Source of the DNA: Mobula hypostoma
Taxonomy: Eukaryota
NCBI RefSeq assembly: GCF_963921235.1
Contig: NC_086108.1
Span: 63,800,001 to 63,864,000, forward strand
Direction: 5' to 3'
DNA: 64,000 nt
Of the stretch, positions 49,813 through 61,229 are shown piece after piece. Within the stretch, counting starts at the first letter, position 1; each line of letters begins with the position of its first letter. Under the pieces are notes generated by a model, which did no database searches, was not told the origin of the DNA, and saw only the letters and a program-made list of their open reading frames with translations. The translations under genes were made by a program, and so were the position numbers.

Positions 49813-50086
49813 CCATTGACTCAACCTGTAAATTAACCTTCAGGGAATGCTCCATGAGGACTCCCATGTTCTTTTGTACCGCAGATTTTTGAGTTTTCTC
49901 TCTGTTTAGAAAATAGTCTACACTTCTATTTCTCCTACCAAAATACATGCCCATACACTTCCCAACACTGCAGTCTATCTGCCATTTCTTTTTTTCATTC
50001 TCCTAATCTGTCTAAGTCATTTCGTGGCCTCTCTGCTTCTCCAACACTACCTAAGCTTCATATTGTCCACAAATTTAGCCACAAGT
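49813..50086 (-). mobile_element. CR1 fragment related to 'B'
   Basis: VAKFVDNMK; diverged parallel of 37445-37565 plus 46570-46720. Confidence 0.7.
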
Positions 50087-50577
50087 GAGACTTGGTCGCA
50101 GGAGGGGCAGGACTGGCAGCTCAGCGTTTTGGGGTTCCATGATTTTAGACATGATAGATTGGGCGAGATTAAAGAGTGATGGATGGCATTACAAGTCATG
50201 GCAGTGTTCAGTCCAGACAGACTGGAGAGCTTGTCTAGTGAAGATTTTTGGGTAGAACTGAGGAAAAAAAAGAGTATGACCACATTGGTGGGATTATATT
50301 ATAGAAGACCCAACAGTCCATGGGATTTAGAGAACCAAATTTGTAGAGAGATCAAAACTGTTTGCAAGAAACATAAGGTTATGATAGTACAGTAGGTGAT
50401 TTTCACTTCCCACATATTGACTGGGGCTCCTATACTATAAAAGAACTGGATAGGAAAGAGTTCATCAAATGTGTTCAGGAAGGTTTCCTTACTCAGTACA
50501 TTGAAGTGCCATCAAGAAAGAGTGCAATATGGATCTACTATTTGGGAATGAGACAGGGCAGTGATGCAGTTGTTAGG
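50087..50577 (+). mobile_element. CR1 'A' right part (EN)
   Basis: ETWSQEGQDWQL, WVELR, YYRRPNS, GDFHFP. Confidence 0.8.
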
Positions 50578-51165
50578 GTGCTCACTACAGCACGTCTGTA
50601 GAAGTTCGTGCACATCATCATTGATGTGGAAGGTCCAGCTCTCTTTGACCTCCTCAAAAAGAAGAGGTGTTGGTGAGCTTTTTAGACTGTGTAGATTGTG
50701 TTCTGGGACCATGACAGGTTGTATGAGATGTGCTCTCTCTGAAGTTTGAAACTTCTTGTAGTTTCCACTGCTGTGCCACCAATGTAAAGAGCCATTTGAG
50801 TGGTGTGAATTCTCCTGAAGTCAAAGACAACCTCCTTTGTCACATTTACATTGAGGAATACTTCATTTGCCTGGCACTAGGCCTTGAGATCTTCCACCTC
50901 CTCTCTGTAAGCTGTCTCAAAGTTTCCGGTGACGGGGCCCACCACTGTCGTGCCATCGGAGAACTTGAAAATGTAATTAATCGGGTGTTTGGCTGTGCAG
51001 TTGAGTGTGAGTGGAGTGTACAGCAGCGAGCTCAGCACACAGCCCTGTGGGGCATCTGTGTTGAGGGTGATGGGAAGGGAGGAGCAGTAGTGCATCCTGA
51101 CTATCTGATGTCTGTTGGTTAGGAAGTCCAACACCCAGTTGCACACTGTTGAATCCCAACCAAGA
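50578..51165 (-). mobile_element. Rex1/Babar-type LINE RT fragment
   Basis: CNWVLDFLT…APQGCVLSSLLY…KFSDGTTVVG. Confidence 0.85.
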
Positions 51166-51794
51166 TATGGTGTGTATAACTAAACACAGCCCTCCTGTTG
51201 TGTTTTAATGTGGGATGCCTGCATGTATGAGTCCAATCATTCAATAGCTACAGGTAACTGAATGGCAAGAATTTTGACAGATGCAAATTTTAATGGATGC
51301 AAATTTCATGAGATATAAATTTTAAAACATGGATTAGCAGTTTTCAAAAGTTAGTATTCGTTAAGTTAGAAAATATGTTAGTTCGCTGAGATACTTAAAG
51401 TGTTCAAAATACAAACTAACTCATAGAACACAAAATCAAAATCTCCAGTGGCATTTCTGCTGCCTTTTTGTTTATTCTAGAATGGAAATAATTAAATTTT
51501 TTGAACTAGAGGTAAATGCAGCATTGTAATTTGAATTTCAACACTTCAATTTCTTAGCATAAATATCTTCCAAGAATTTGTCTCTGGTTGATTGTGTACT
51601 TGATAGAAATCAGTGGAAATAAACCTCAGAGGCAGAACACAATAAACTCACCATGATAAACAAAGCACTTATTGTTACCAGATTGGGGTGGATTTCCAGT
51701 CAATGCTGCAGAAACTTTGCTTTAAACTTTAAACTCAAACTTAATTTAAAGTGCTTAATCATGTGTAACATGTCTACGTAAACTTATTTGCAGT

Positions 51795-52157
51795 TTGCTC
51801 GTTTATTATTTATCATGTCGTATGGTATGGGCAATCATGCTTTTTCAGGATCATGGCAAATTTTTCTTCAGAAGTGGTTTGCCATTGCCTTCTTCTGGGC
51901 AGTGTCTTTACAAGATGGGTGACCCCAGCCATTACCAATACTCTTTAGAGATTGTCTGCCTCATGTCGTCAGTGGTCACATTACCAGGACGTGATATGCA
52001 CCTTTTGCTCATTTGATCATTCGCCATGGCTTCACGTCACCCTGATCAGCGGGCTAATCGGGTGCCACACCTTGGCCAAGGGTGATCAGCAGGTTCACGG
52101 AGGGAAGAAGTGCCTTATACCTCCTTTGGTAAAGACATATTTTCACCCTGCCACCCA
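51795..52157 (-). mobile_element. RTE-associated SINE / non-autonomous element
   Basis: Minus-strand gaaggcaatggcaaaccacttc, an RTE/BovB-related SINE-type motif; AT-rich tail at ~51800; no ORF. Confidence 0.6.
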
Positions 52158-52609
52158 TTTGCAATAACTTGTAAAACACTGAAAATTCTGCTTTTTTACA
52201 ATTATCCTGAAACCGTGAGATGCAAAAATAAATAATAGCCACAGAACTTTTTATGAGAACTTCTAAATGCTAACTGTAACTCTTACCGAAACTTGAATAC
52301 ACTATTTAATCTATGTAATTTTAATCAATTACAGTTTAAGTTCCAGTCGATCAGAAATCCAGATGAAATGCTCAATCTATCAATCTTTCAAAACTGCAAT
52401 ATTTAATAGCTTTTCAAAATGTACCAAAGAATTAATCATTCTCATTCTATTTTAATTTCATACATTTACTATTTGAATTTGACTGACAGAAGAATGTGAG
52501 AAAGACAGAACATTATAGCTGAACTGAATCCTCATTCCACAAAGCAGCTATATAAAAACATCTTCCAGACTTAGAAAAGAAAGTTTGCTCTTAGACTGTG
52601 CTTTTAACA

Positions 52610-52805
52610 ATCTGAAGATACAGTTTACAGCCAACAAATTGCTCTTAATGTTAAGTCATTGATTTAATGTAGAAAAAATAGCTAATTTAAACATAGCCAG
52701 CTCCCCCATGCAGCAGTATATTAATGACCTGATAACTTGCTTTCAATAACTAGTGATGTATATTGTAGATTAAATATTAGCTATTATACTAGTGATAATT
52801 CCATG
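52610..52805 (-). mobile_element. DeuSINE 3' fragment
   Basis: tttacagccaa…taatgtagaaa…gctaattt…taatgacctgataa…taaatattagc parallels 17690-17850. Confidence 0.55.
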
Positions 52806-53315
52806 TATCATGACTGATCTCCAGAACTTATAGAAAAAGCTTTTTAAGCAAATCCAAGTTTGACATAATTTCACTACCATTTGGTTTAGCTCTATTAACA
52901 TCATTATTTTGTTTTGCCCCATTGCAAGATTCTGTTATTCATGTAAACTACAAGATAGGAATTAAAAATGATGATTTGCCTAAATTTGGAAGCATTGGGA
53001 AAAAATTATACAATCGTCTTTGCATTTTTTTTAGTAAAAAATGAAAACACCGGGTGTTTACACTCCATTGACAGTGTTCTAGAGAATAACCTCATTTGTA
53101 TTTCTTTCCCACAATTTCAAACAACTAAATGTGATTCAACTGGCTGATTTTCAGATTTTCAGTGAACTGTTATAAATAATGAAACATGTGGCAAAATGGA
53201 AAATAATTTTTTAAATGTTACGTGGATTAAAATATAAAATAAAGTCTGAAGTAAATAGCATAGTTTCTGAATAAACATGAATGGTATTTTTCTTCTTTTC
53301 TATGTCAATACTCAC

Positions 53316-53512
53316 AGTGATGTTTCCCAGCTGCAAAAATGGAGTTTCATCGTTGGTAGGGTTAATGATGACATAAAACGGAACTGCCATGGATTTATGT
53401 ACAGTGTCACTAACAGATACCACAAAGTGGTCAGCTGTGGGCTCCATCTGGTTATGCCTGCACTGGACATAGTTGATGTAACCTGCCCTGAGGTGCTGTA
53501 GACTGAAGGAAG
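53316..53512 (-). CDS. FREM1: FREM1-type exon (197 nt, phase 1 to 0): (A)SFSLQHLRAGYINYVQ…INPTNDETPFLQLGNIT
   Basis: tttaaag| acceptor and |gtgagt donor; FREM1-like INYVQ/EPTAD/INPTNDE. Confidence 0.93.
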
Positions 53513-53839
53513 CTTTAAAGGAACAGATTAAATCAAAAATCTCCAGTTTCAAATTGCATAGAAACATAAGAATGTCTCCAAATAATTCACATTCATGTCA
53601 CATTCCTTTGTGTGGGATCATGGGAAACAGTCACCAAATTTCTGTACTCTACAAATAGCCCACTTTGAGCGTCTTGCTGAAAAGATCAGTTGCATCAGCA
53701 AAAGGAGATGATTTTTAACAACTAGAACAAAATATACATAAGAGAGCATGGATTTAATTTGATAAAAGAATGAAGATACTGAACTTCAGTTCTGTCCGAA
53801 CAATACTTAATGAAAAACTAATTTGATCTCTTAGGGCTT

Positions 53840-54610
53840 AATCTGTTGTTCTTAAGTATAGAGCACCTGCTCCGTTAGCTTTTGGGTCAGAAGTTTTATC
53901 ACAAAACACGTGTATTCCTGAGCTAGTCTCATTTGCCTGTATTTGATCCATATCTAAGCAAACATTCCTACTAATGTACCTGTTGAAATGTTTTTCTTAA
54001 CATTGTAATTGTACCTTCCTTTTAAAATTCCTCTGGTGGTTGCATATACCCACTACCCTCTACTCAGGTACCTTTTAAATCTTTCCCCTCTCACCTAAGC
54101 CTTCTAAATTGAAACTTCTCTATACTGGGGAAAGACTATGAAAATTGGTCTCATCTATGTCCCTTATGATTTTAAAAAGTCCATAAGGTCACACCTCAGC
54201 TCTTTTATTCCAGGGAAACCAGCCCCAACTTATTGAGTCTCTCCATTTAACTCAAACCCTCCAGTTCCAGCAACATCCTTGTGAATTTTTGCCTCACCCT
54301 CTCTAGGTAATCATACTTCTCTCAAAGGTGAGCAGAACTACACACAATATTCCAGGTAGGGTCTTACCAACATCTTGTACATCTGTGACACAACATCCCA
54401 ATTCTTTTATTCAGTGCTCCATCTGATGAAGGCCTTCTTCACCACCATGTCTATCTGTGTCTTTTCTTTTCAGGAATTATGTACTTTTACTCCTTGGCTT
54501 CTCTGTTTTACAACTATCTGCAGGCCCCTGCCAGTCATGTTGTAAGTCTTGCCCTGCATTCACTTCCTAAAATGTATCACTTTGCACTGTCTGAGTTAAT
54601 TTACATCTGC
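53840..54610 (-). mobile_element. Degraded CR1 3' fragment
   Basis: Reverse-complemented CR1 C-terminal remnants (…cagaactacacacaatattccagg…, …ttaaatctttcccctctcacct…). Confidence 0.7.
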
Positions 54611-55005
54611 AATGCTTAACTGGCAAGTCGTTCACCCACCTAAATACTCTCTCCATCTTACAAAGGCTGAGTGTGCATCACCTACAAAGTGAACTCTAAT
54701 AACTCACCAAGACTTCCTTGAGAACATTTCACAAATCTGTGACTTCTGTCATCTGGAAAGGCAAATACAGCAGCAATATGGGTATACCAGCACCTACAGG
54801 TTCCCTCCAAGTCACTGTATAGACTTGGGAATAGATACCGTTCCTGCGTTGTCACTGGGTTGAAATCCTTATATTGATATATGTTGCAGCACTTAACCGC
54901 AAGGTTTGCCCTACTTCATTAATTTTTAATCATTGCTTCAAGAGTAATTTCGTGTGGGCTGTAAATGTTGTGATGAAGAGCAATCCCCGTATCCTATAAA
55001 AGTCG
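54611..55005 (+). mobile_element. Old LINE 3' fragment, family uncertain
   Basis: ggttccctccaagtcac…gacttggga…gtcactgggttgaaatcc resembles an elasmobranch LINE 3' end (recognition only). Confidence 0.45.
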
Positions 55006-55033
55006 TGAAAAATATGAATGATTTGTAGAATTA

Positions 55034-55420
55034 CCATAGAACCATAGAACATTACAGCACAGGAACAGGCCTTTTGGCCCTTCTTGGCTGTGCTGAAACA
55101 TTTTTCTGCCTAGTCCTACTGACCTGCACCTGGACCATATCCCTCCATACACCTCTCATCCATGTACCTTTCCAAGTTTTTCTTAAATGTTAAAAGTGAA
55201 CCCGCATTTACCACTTCATCTGGCAGCTCATTCCATACTCCCACCACTCTCTGTGTGAAGAAGCCCCCCCTAATGTTCCCTTTAAACTTTTCCCCCTTCA
55301 CTCTTAACCCATGTTCTCTTTTTTTTTTCTCCCCTAGCCTCAGTGGAAAAAGCCTGTTTGCATTCACTCTATCTATACCCATCATAATTTTATATACCTC
55401 TATCAAATCTCCCCTCATTA
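55034..55420 (-). mobile_element. CR1 3' fragment
   Basis: MRGDLIEVYKIM…FFTQRVVGVWNELP; TTCTATG-type tail. Confidence 0.92.
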
Positions 55421-56050
55421 CTTTATTAGGAGTCTGAAGAGATTTGGCATGTCAACAAATACACTCAAAAACTTCTGTGGTTGTATCGTGGAGAGCATTC
55501 CGACAGGCTGCATCACTATCTGGTATGGAGGGGCTACTGCACAGGACCGAAAGAAGCTGCAGAAGGTTGTAAATCTAGTCAGCTCCATCTTGGGCATTAA
55601 CCTACAAAGTACCGAGGACATCTTCAGGGAGCGGTGTCTCAGAAAGACAGCGTTCATTATTAAGGGCCTCCAACACCCAGGGCATGCCCTTTTCTCACTG
55701 TTACCATCAGGTAGGAGGTACAGAAGCCTGAAGGCACACACTCAGCGATTCAGGAACAGCTTCTTCCCCTCTGCCATCTGATTCCTAAATGGACATTGAA
55801 TCTTTGGACACTACCTCAATTTTTAAAAAATATACAATATTTCTGTTCTTGCACATCTTTTAAAAAATCTATTCAATATACGTAATTGATTTACTTGTTT
55901 ATTTATTATTAGGTTGTAAATTATTTATTATTGTTATTTGTTTTCTCACTGCTAGATTATGTATTGCATTGAACTGCTGCTGCTAAGTTAACAAATTTCA
56001 CATCACTTGCCAGTGATAATAAACCTGATTCTGGTTCGGATTCTGATTTT
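55421..56050 (+). mobile_element. Rex1/Babar-type LINE 3' fragment
   Basis: VESIPTGCITIWYG…LLPSGRRYRS…RNSFFPSAI; (GATTCT)n tail. Confidence 0.92.
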
Positions 56051-56369
56051 GAATTAGAGGATAAAATGCACCTCTTCAGGGAACAGGGTGGAGAGAATTT
56101 TACTTCAATGAGTAGGCCACCATAATGTCCTCCACCATAATTAAAACTAATTATACTTCAGGTTAATAAAATAAATTTGAAATACAGAATGACACAAATG
56201 GCAACTGTGCATCCTCTGTACTGTAAAGATTAACGTCAAAAGCACATGAGGCTGATTAAAAAAAAGTACAATCAATCAATATGGAAAGAATATAACTCTG
56301 CCATTTGTAGAAGTTAATGTATATATATACCATATATTAGAGTCTTGAATTATGGGAGTTCTACAGGAG

Positions 56370-57582
56370 CTCTCTCAGAGATTTACCAGGATGCTGACTG
56401 GACTAGAGGGGATCTCTTATAAAGATAGGCTGAGTGAGCTAGACCTTTTCTCTTTAGAGTGAAGGGTGATAAATGGTGTCTTGATCGAGGTACATAAAAT
56501 GATAAGCGGCTTCACTAGCTGGTGGTGTGCTGGTGTCAACCAAAGGTGTTAATGCATTTTTTAATTATTCTTTTACAATCACAAGACACTGCTGGGCATC
56601 AAGTACTGCAGGTCTACCCCACCTATGAGTTGCTCATTTGTGGAGAAGCTGGAGGAGCTGGACGTGGTGTGGACCGTGTCGCTACTTGCTGCAGAGAGGC
56701 ATCGGAGTCGGTGTGTGAAGGCTGTGTGCTGTCCACAGTGAATTATTGGCTTAGTCACTTCTCATGTGATCGTAAGACCCTGTTGGACATTAGTAATGTA
56801 AAATACTGCAAGTCTCTTTCACTAGATTATTGTTAGAACCGACAGTGGGGGAGCTGTGTGGCCTTGGTTATAGTGTGGAGTAGGCCTCAGTTGTAATGTG
56901 GAGTGGGCCTGATGCCGTGGTGTCTCCTGTTGCAGCTGCCCAGGAGAGGTGACGCTGGAGGCAGTGCTGCCCTCCAGTGTTTGCTCAGTGGAAGACAAGC
57001 TGGATTGTATTTGTCTGCAGACAGCTGCGGGCTTGTTCTTGCAGACAACATCCATGGACTCGGGCACTTGTGCTATTTTTTTTATGTTGTGTGACTGTAT
57101 GATTACTGCTATTTTACATGTGTGATATGTGCTTTGTCCTGTGTATGATTGTCGATACCTTGGCCCTGGAGGAACGCTGTTTTGTTTGGATGTATTCATT
57201 GGTATTTGTGTATGGTTGATCGACAATTAAACTTGAACTTGAGATAGAGTGGTCAGCCAGTGCCGCTCTCCCATGGCAGAAATGGTTAATACAAGGGGGC
57301 ATAATTTGAAGATGATTGGAGGAAAGTACAGGGACGACGTCAGTGGCAAGTTCTTTGCACAGAGAATGGTGGGCATGTGGAACGCCCTACCAGGGCTGCT
57401 GTTAGAGGCAGGTATATTAGGAACATTTAAGAAACTCTTAGATAGACACATGATTGGTAGAGAAATGGAGGACTATGTAGGATGGAAGGGTTAGATCGAT
57501 CTTAGAGTAGGTTAAGGTGTCAGCACAACATCGTGGGTCGAAGGGCCTGTTCTGTGCTGTAACTTTCTACATTCTATGTTCC
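56370..57582 (+). mobile_element. CR1 3' fragment split by an unclassified ~730-bp insert (~56512-57242, AACTTG tail)
   Basis: The host reads …atgataagcggc|gatagagtgg… across the insert; tail ttctatgtt. Confidence 0.75.
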
Positions 57583-57710
57583 AATATATATGTATGGGCT
57601 TCCATAAACTGGGCATTTGTATTCTCGCATGGTCTATAGATCTATATTTTTGCAGTTACTTTAGTTATTAGGTAGAAATATTACAATGTCTGTTCATTGT
57701 ATTTGAGATG

Positions 57711-57975
57711 TGGGGCAGCACAGTAGCCAGTGACTTGGGTTCAATTCCTGCCGCTGTCTATAAGGAGTTTGTACATTCTCCCAGTGACCGCGTGGGTTTC
57801 CTCCAGGTGCTCCGGTTTCCTCCCACAGTCCAAAGACACACTGGTTGGTAGGTTAACTGGTCATTATAAATTGTCCCATGATGCAGCTAGGGTTAAATTA
57901 GGGGTTGCTGGGTGACATGGCTCGAAGGGCTGGAAGGGCCTATTCCACACTGCAGCTCAATAAATAGATAAATAA
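57711..57975 (+). mobile_element. V-SINE (HE1-like)
   Basis: Pol III B box gggttcaattcc (57737-57748), V-domain gcgtgggtttcctccaggtgctccggtttcctcccacagtccaaagac, and a TAAA-type tail. Confidence 0.88.
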
Positions 57976-57999
57976 TTTATTTAAAATATTATATTATAC

Positions 58000-58185
58000 C
58001 TATGTTTATTCCAGCATTGCTCTTCTCATATCCTGGTGATGGCAAAATATTCTCCAGATATCCATATTGGGGCAAACTTTCCAGTTCAAAGACAAGTTCT
58101 TCTGAGATAGTGTCCTCATCTGTGGCAGAGAGGAAATCCAAATGCAAACTGGTTTGCGATGCTTCATCCACTATAAACATGTCTC
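58000..58185 (-). CDS. FREM1: FREM1-type exon (186 nt, phase 1 to 1): DMFIVDE…PQYGYLENILPSPGYEKSNAGINI
   Basis: ttttacag| acceptor and |gtataa donor; FREM1-like GYLENILPS…EKSN. Confidence 0.92.
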
Positions 58186-58579
58186 CTGTAAAAGAAAAGG
58201 TTATACAGTGTATACTACCAAAGTAAGATTTGCAATACCAATATAAAAAGAAATTTCACAGTTCTGCAAGGAAAAGACTGACACATTTATACGGTGGATT
58301 TTGCACTCTATTTTGAACTAGCAAGAAACTCATCAACAGTAGATTCTTATCCCTCACCCGCAGCATTGTTTCTGATGTCCTCTAAGAATCCATCTTTTCC
58401 TTACTATTCTTCCAGAGCATGTAGTCTTCAATCCCTTTTTTTATTGACTACAAATTTGAAATTGCAGAGGATTCCACTATTACATCCAAACTTGTAAAAA
58501 ATACTGTTCCACTGTTATCTTTGTGCTATTACATATTCTTTCACAAATTTTATTTTTTTAACTGTTGGTGAAAGTGGTT

Positions 58580-60490
58580 CCTCAGGGGAATTCAGTCAGA
58601 GGTAGAAACATGGCATCATGACAAAAAGAAGGAGGGATGACACAGCAAAGGCATTGTGGGTTCAATGATGAAGCTGAATCCTGGATGGTACATGGTCTCC
58701 CTGGTGTTTTGTTTACGGATGTGACTGAACAGCTACAGAGCATACTGAAAGGGAAGTGGGAGATCCAGAAGATGTGGTCCACATTGATTCCCATTACACA
58801 TGTAAAGTAAATTTGAGGTTCCTGCAGTTACATTTTTGGAAAACTAGGAAGGAAGATTAAAGAGTTGAACCTCAGAATTAGTAATCTTATGATTACTCAC
58901 AATGCTACACGATGACAAGTACAAAACTGTGAAGGTAAAGTAACTCATGGAAACTAGGGAAAACTAGTTTAAGATCTCAATTGATGCGATGAAGAATGCT
59001 TAATTGATTATCTAGTCATAAAGGAACCATTGGGGAAGTGTGACCATCAAATAATGAAACTTTTACACAGAAATTTAAAGTGATGTGGTTCAATGTGAAA
59101 ATAACACCTTAAATCTAAACAAATGAAACTATGAAGGTATAAGAGGAAAAGCATTGTGGTTGATCAGGATTTATATTGAATGATATGATGAAGAAAAGAC
59201 AATGGCTAGCATTTAATGCATAATTTGCAGAAAATATGTATTTCTTTAAGGCATAAAGTCCCCTTCTGGTCGCCTCACTATAGGAAGGATGTGGAAGCAT
59301 TGGAAAGGGTACAAAGGAGATTTACCAGGATGCTGCCTGATTTAGAGAGTATGCATTATGATCAGAGATTAAGGGAGCTAGGGCTTTACTCTTTGGAGAG
59401 AAGGAGGATGAGGGGAGACATGATAGGGGTGTACAAGATATTAAGAGGAATAGATAGAGTGGATAGCCAGCGCCTCTTTCCCAGGGCACCACTGCTCAAT
59501 ACAAGAGGACATGGCTTTAAGATAAGGGGTGGGAAGTTCAAGGGGGATATTAGAGGAAGGTTTTTTACTCAGAGAGTGGTTGGTGCACGGAATGCACTGC
59601 CTAAGTCAGTGGTAGAGGCAGATACACTAGTGAAGTTTAAGAGACTACCAGACAGATATATGGAGGAATTTAAGGTGGGGGGTTATATGGGAGGCAGGGT
59701 TTGAGGGTCGGCACAACATTGTGGGCCAAAGGGCCTGTAATGTGCTGTACTATTCTATGTTCTATGTATAAACACTGGACAGGAAAAGCGGCTGATCCAT
59801 GATTGAGAGCAGCAATTAAAGGTAGTTTTAACTGCAAGGACAGGGCTTGTAAATGTGTCAGATCTAGCAAATGGCCTGCGACCTTCTATAGATTTTTACA
59901 AAGGAAAAGATTCTTAAGAGCAATTATGGGTACCTTGTGAAGCCAGGAGAACTTTAAGTGGGTAATAACAATATTGTGGATCATTAAATACTCTGTGTGT
60001 GTTTTCAGGGAGAAATATCCAGTGAGAATGAGGTACTGAAGAAGTATCAGTATGAAATCAGAACTTGAAAGCATAATGGCACTAAAAGCCATTAAATTCC
60101 ATGGATCAGATGATCAAAACCAGAGTTTTGTAAGAGATAACTATAAAGATAATGAACACTCTGGTTATCATCTTCCCAATTTCTATACATTTTGTAATAG
60201 TTCTTGTGGGTTGAAGAAGATTAAATGTGACCGCCCCCCCCCTCAGTTTAAGAAGGTATAAAGATCAGTTGCCAATATGTTGGTCCAGTTTCAGCTAAAT
60301 GTATGATAAAGGAGTAAGTTCTTGAAATAAATAATGGCACTTTCTAGTTTCAACATGTATATATGAAAGGGAAAGGATATTTGACTAGTCCACTAGAGTT
60401 CTTTGAGAATGGGACCTATCCAATAAGGAAAACCTGTCAGCTTGTTGAACTTGGATATACAAAAAACTTTCAATAGTGTAGCTAGTAGGA
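58580..60490 (+). mobile_element. Old degraded CR1, host of 59257-59767
   Basis: Remnants ttggggaagtgtgaccat, aaattccatggatcagatg, ctagagttctttgag. Confidence 0.55.
59257..59767 (+). mobile_element. CR1 3' fragment
   Basis: [23 protein letters not shown]…FFTQRVV; (TTCTATG)n tail. Confidence 0.95.
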
Positions 60491-61229
60491 TTTTTGATGA
60501 ACAAAACAATATGTTTGTGAAGAAGTATTATGACAGGTTACCAAAAATTAGATGGATTTTAAGATGTGTCTTTAAGGAAAAGGAGAAATAGAGATTTGGC
60601 AGATGAAGAACATTAGGTACAGAATTCCAGCATTTCGGTTTTAGAATTAATCATGTATATGGTTTTGACAACAATTATACAATTCTCTCTTTACATTTTT
60701 GGATAGGAGAAAAATTTAGAAGGATAAAAATATTAAAATCTTAGATGTTCCAACGTAGGGACAATTATTTGCTGTTTAGTATTTCTTTGCTATCGCACAG
60801 ACTTAATCATTTTATTTTGAGAAAGAATCATACTTAGCAAATATTCTTGACTCTACCTAATAACATTTCATTAATAGCAAACAGAATTGTAGTGTTGGGT
60901 ACTATTTTGAATCTCTATTTCAATAACTTCAGATTTATATCTATTTATCTAAATCAAAAGCTGCATGTGGGTGATTGCCTACAGCTCCCATATGGGGCTC
61001 AGCATCTGTGTCTGATGGCTACAGTACTTCCAGATTCTTAACTCTGAATATAGTGGACTTAAAAACTACTCATATGTATTAATATTTCCTGTGACTTCGC
61101 AATCTAGCAGATGGATTGCTCTGTCATTAGTGACCTTGATCAACTTTATGCATGAATGCAGTTTCAATGCTCCTTGCCCATACTAGCTCCTATATCCTCT
61201 CTAATGATATGAATGAATCACGTTTCATT

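Noticed and set aside
57711..57760. tRNA gene
   Set aside because: The B box belongs to a SINE head and no cloverleaf can be formed.
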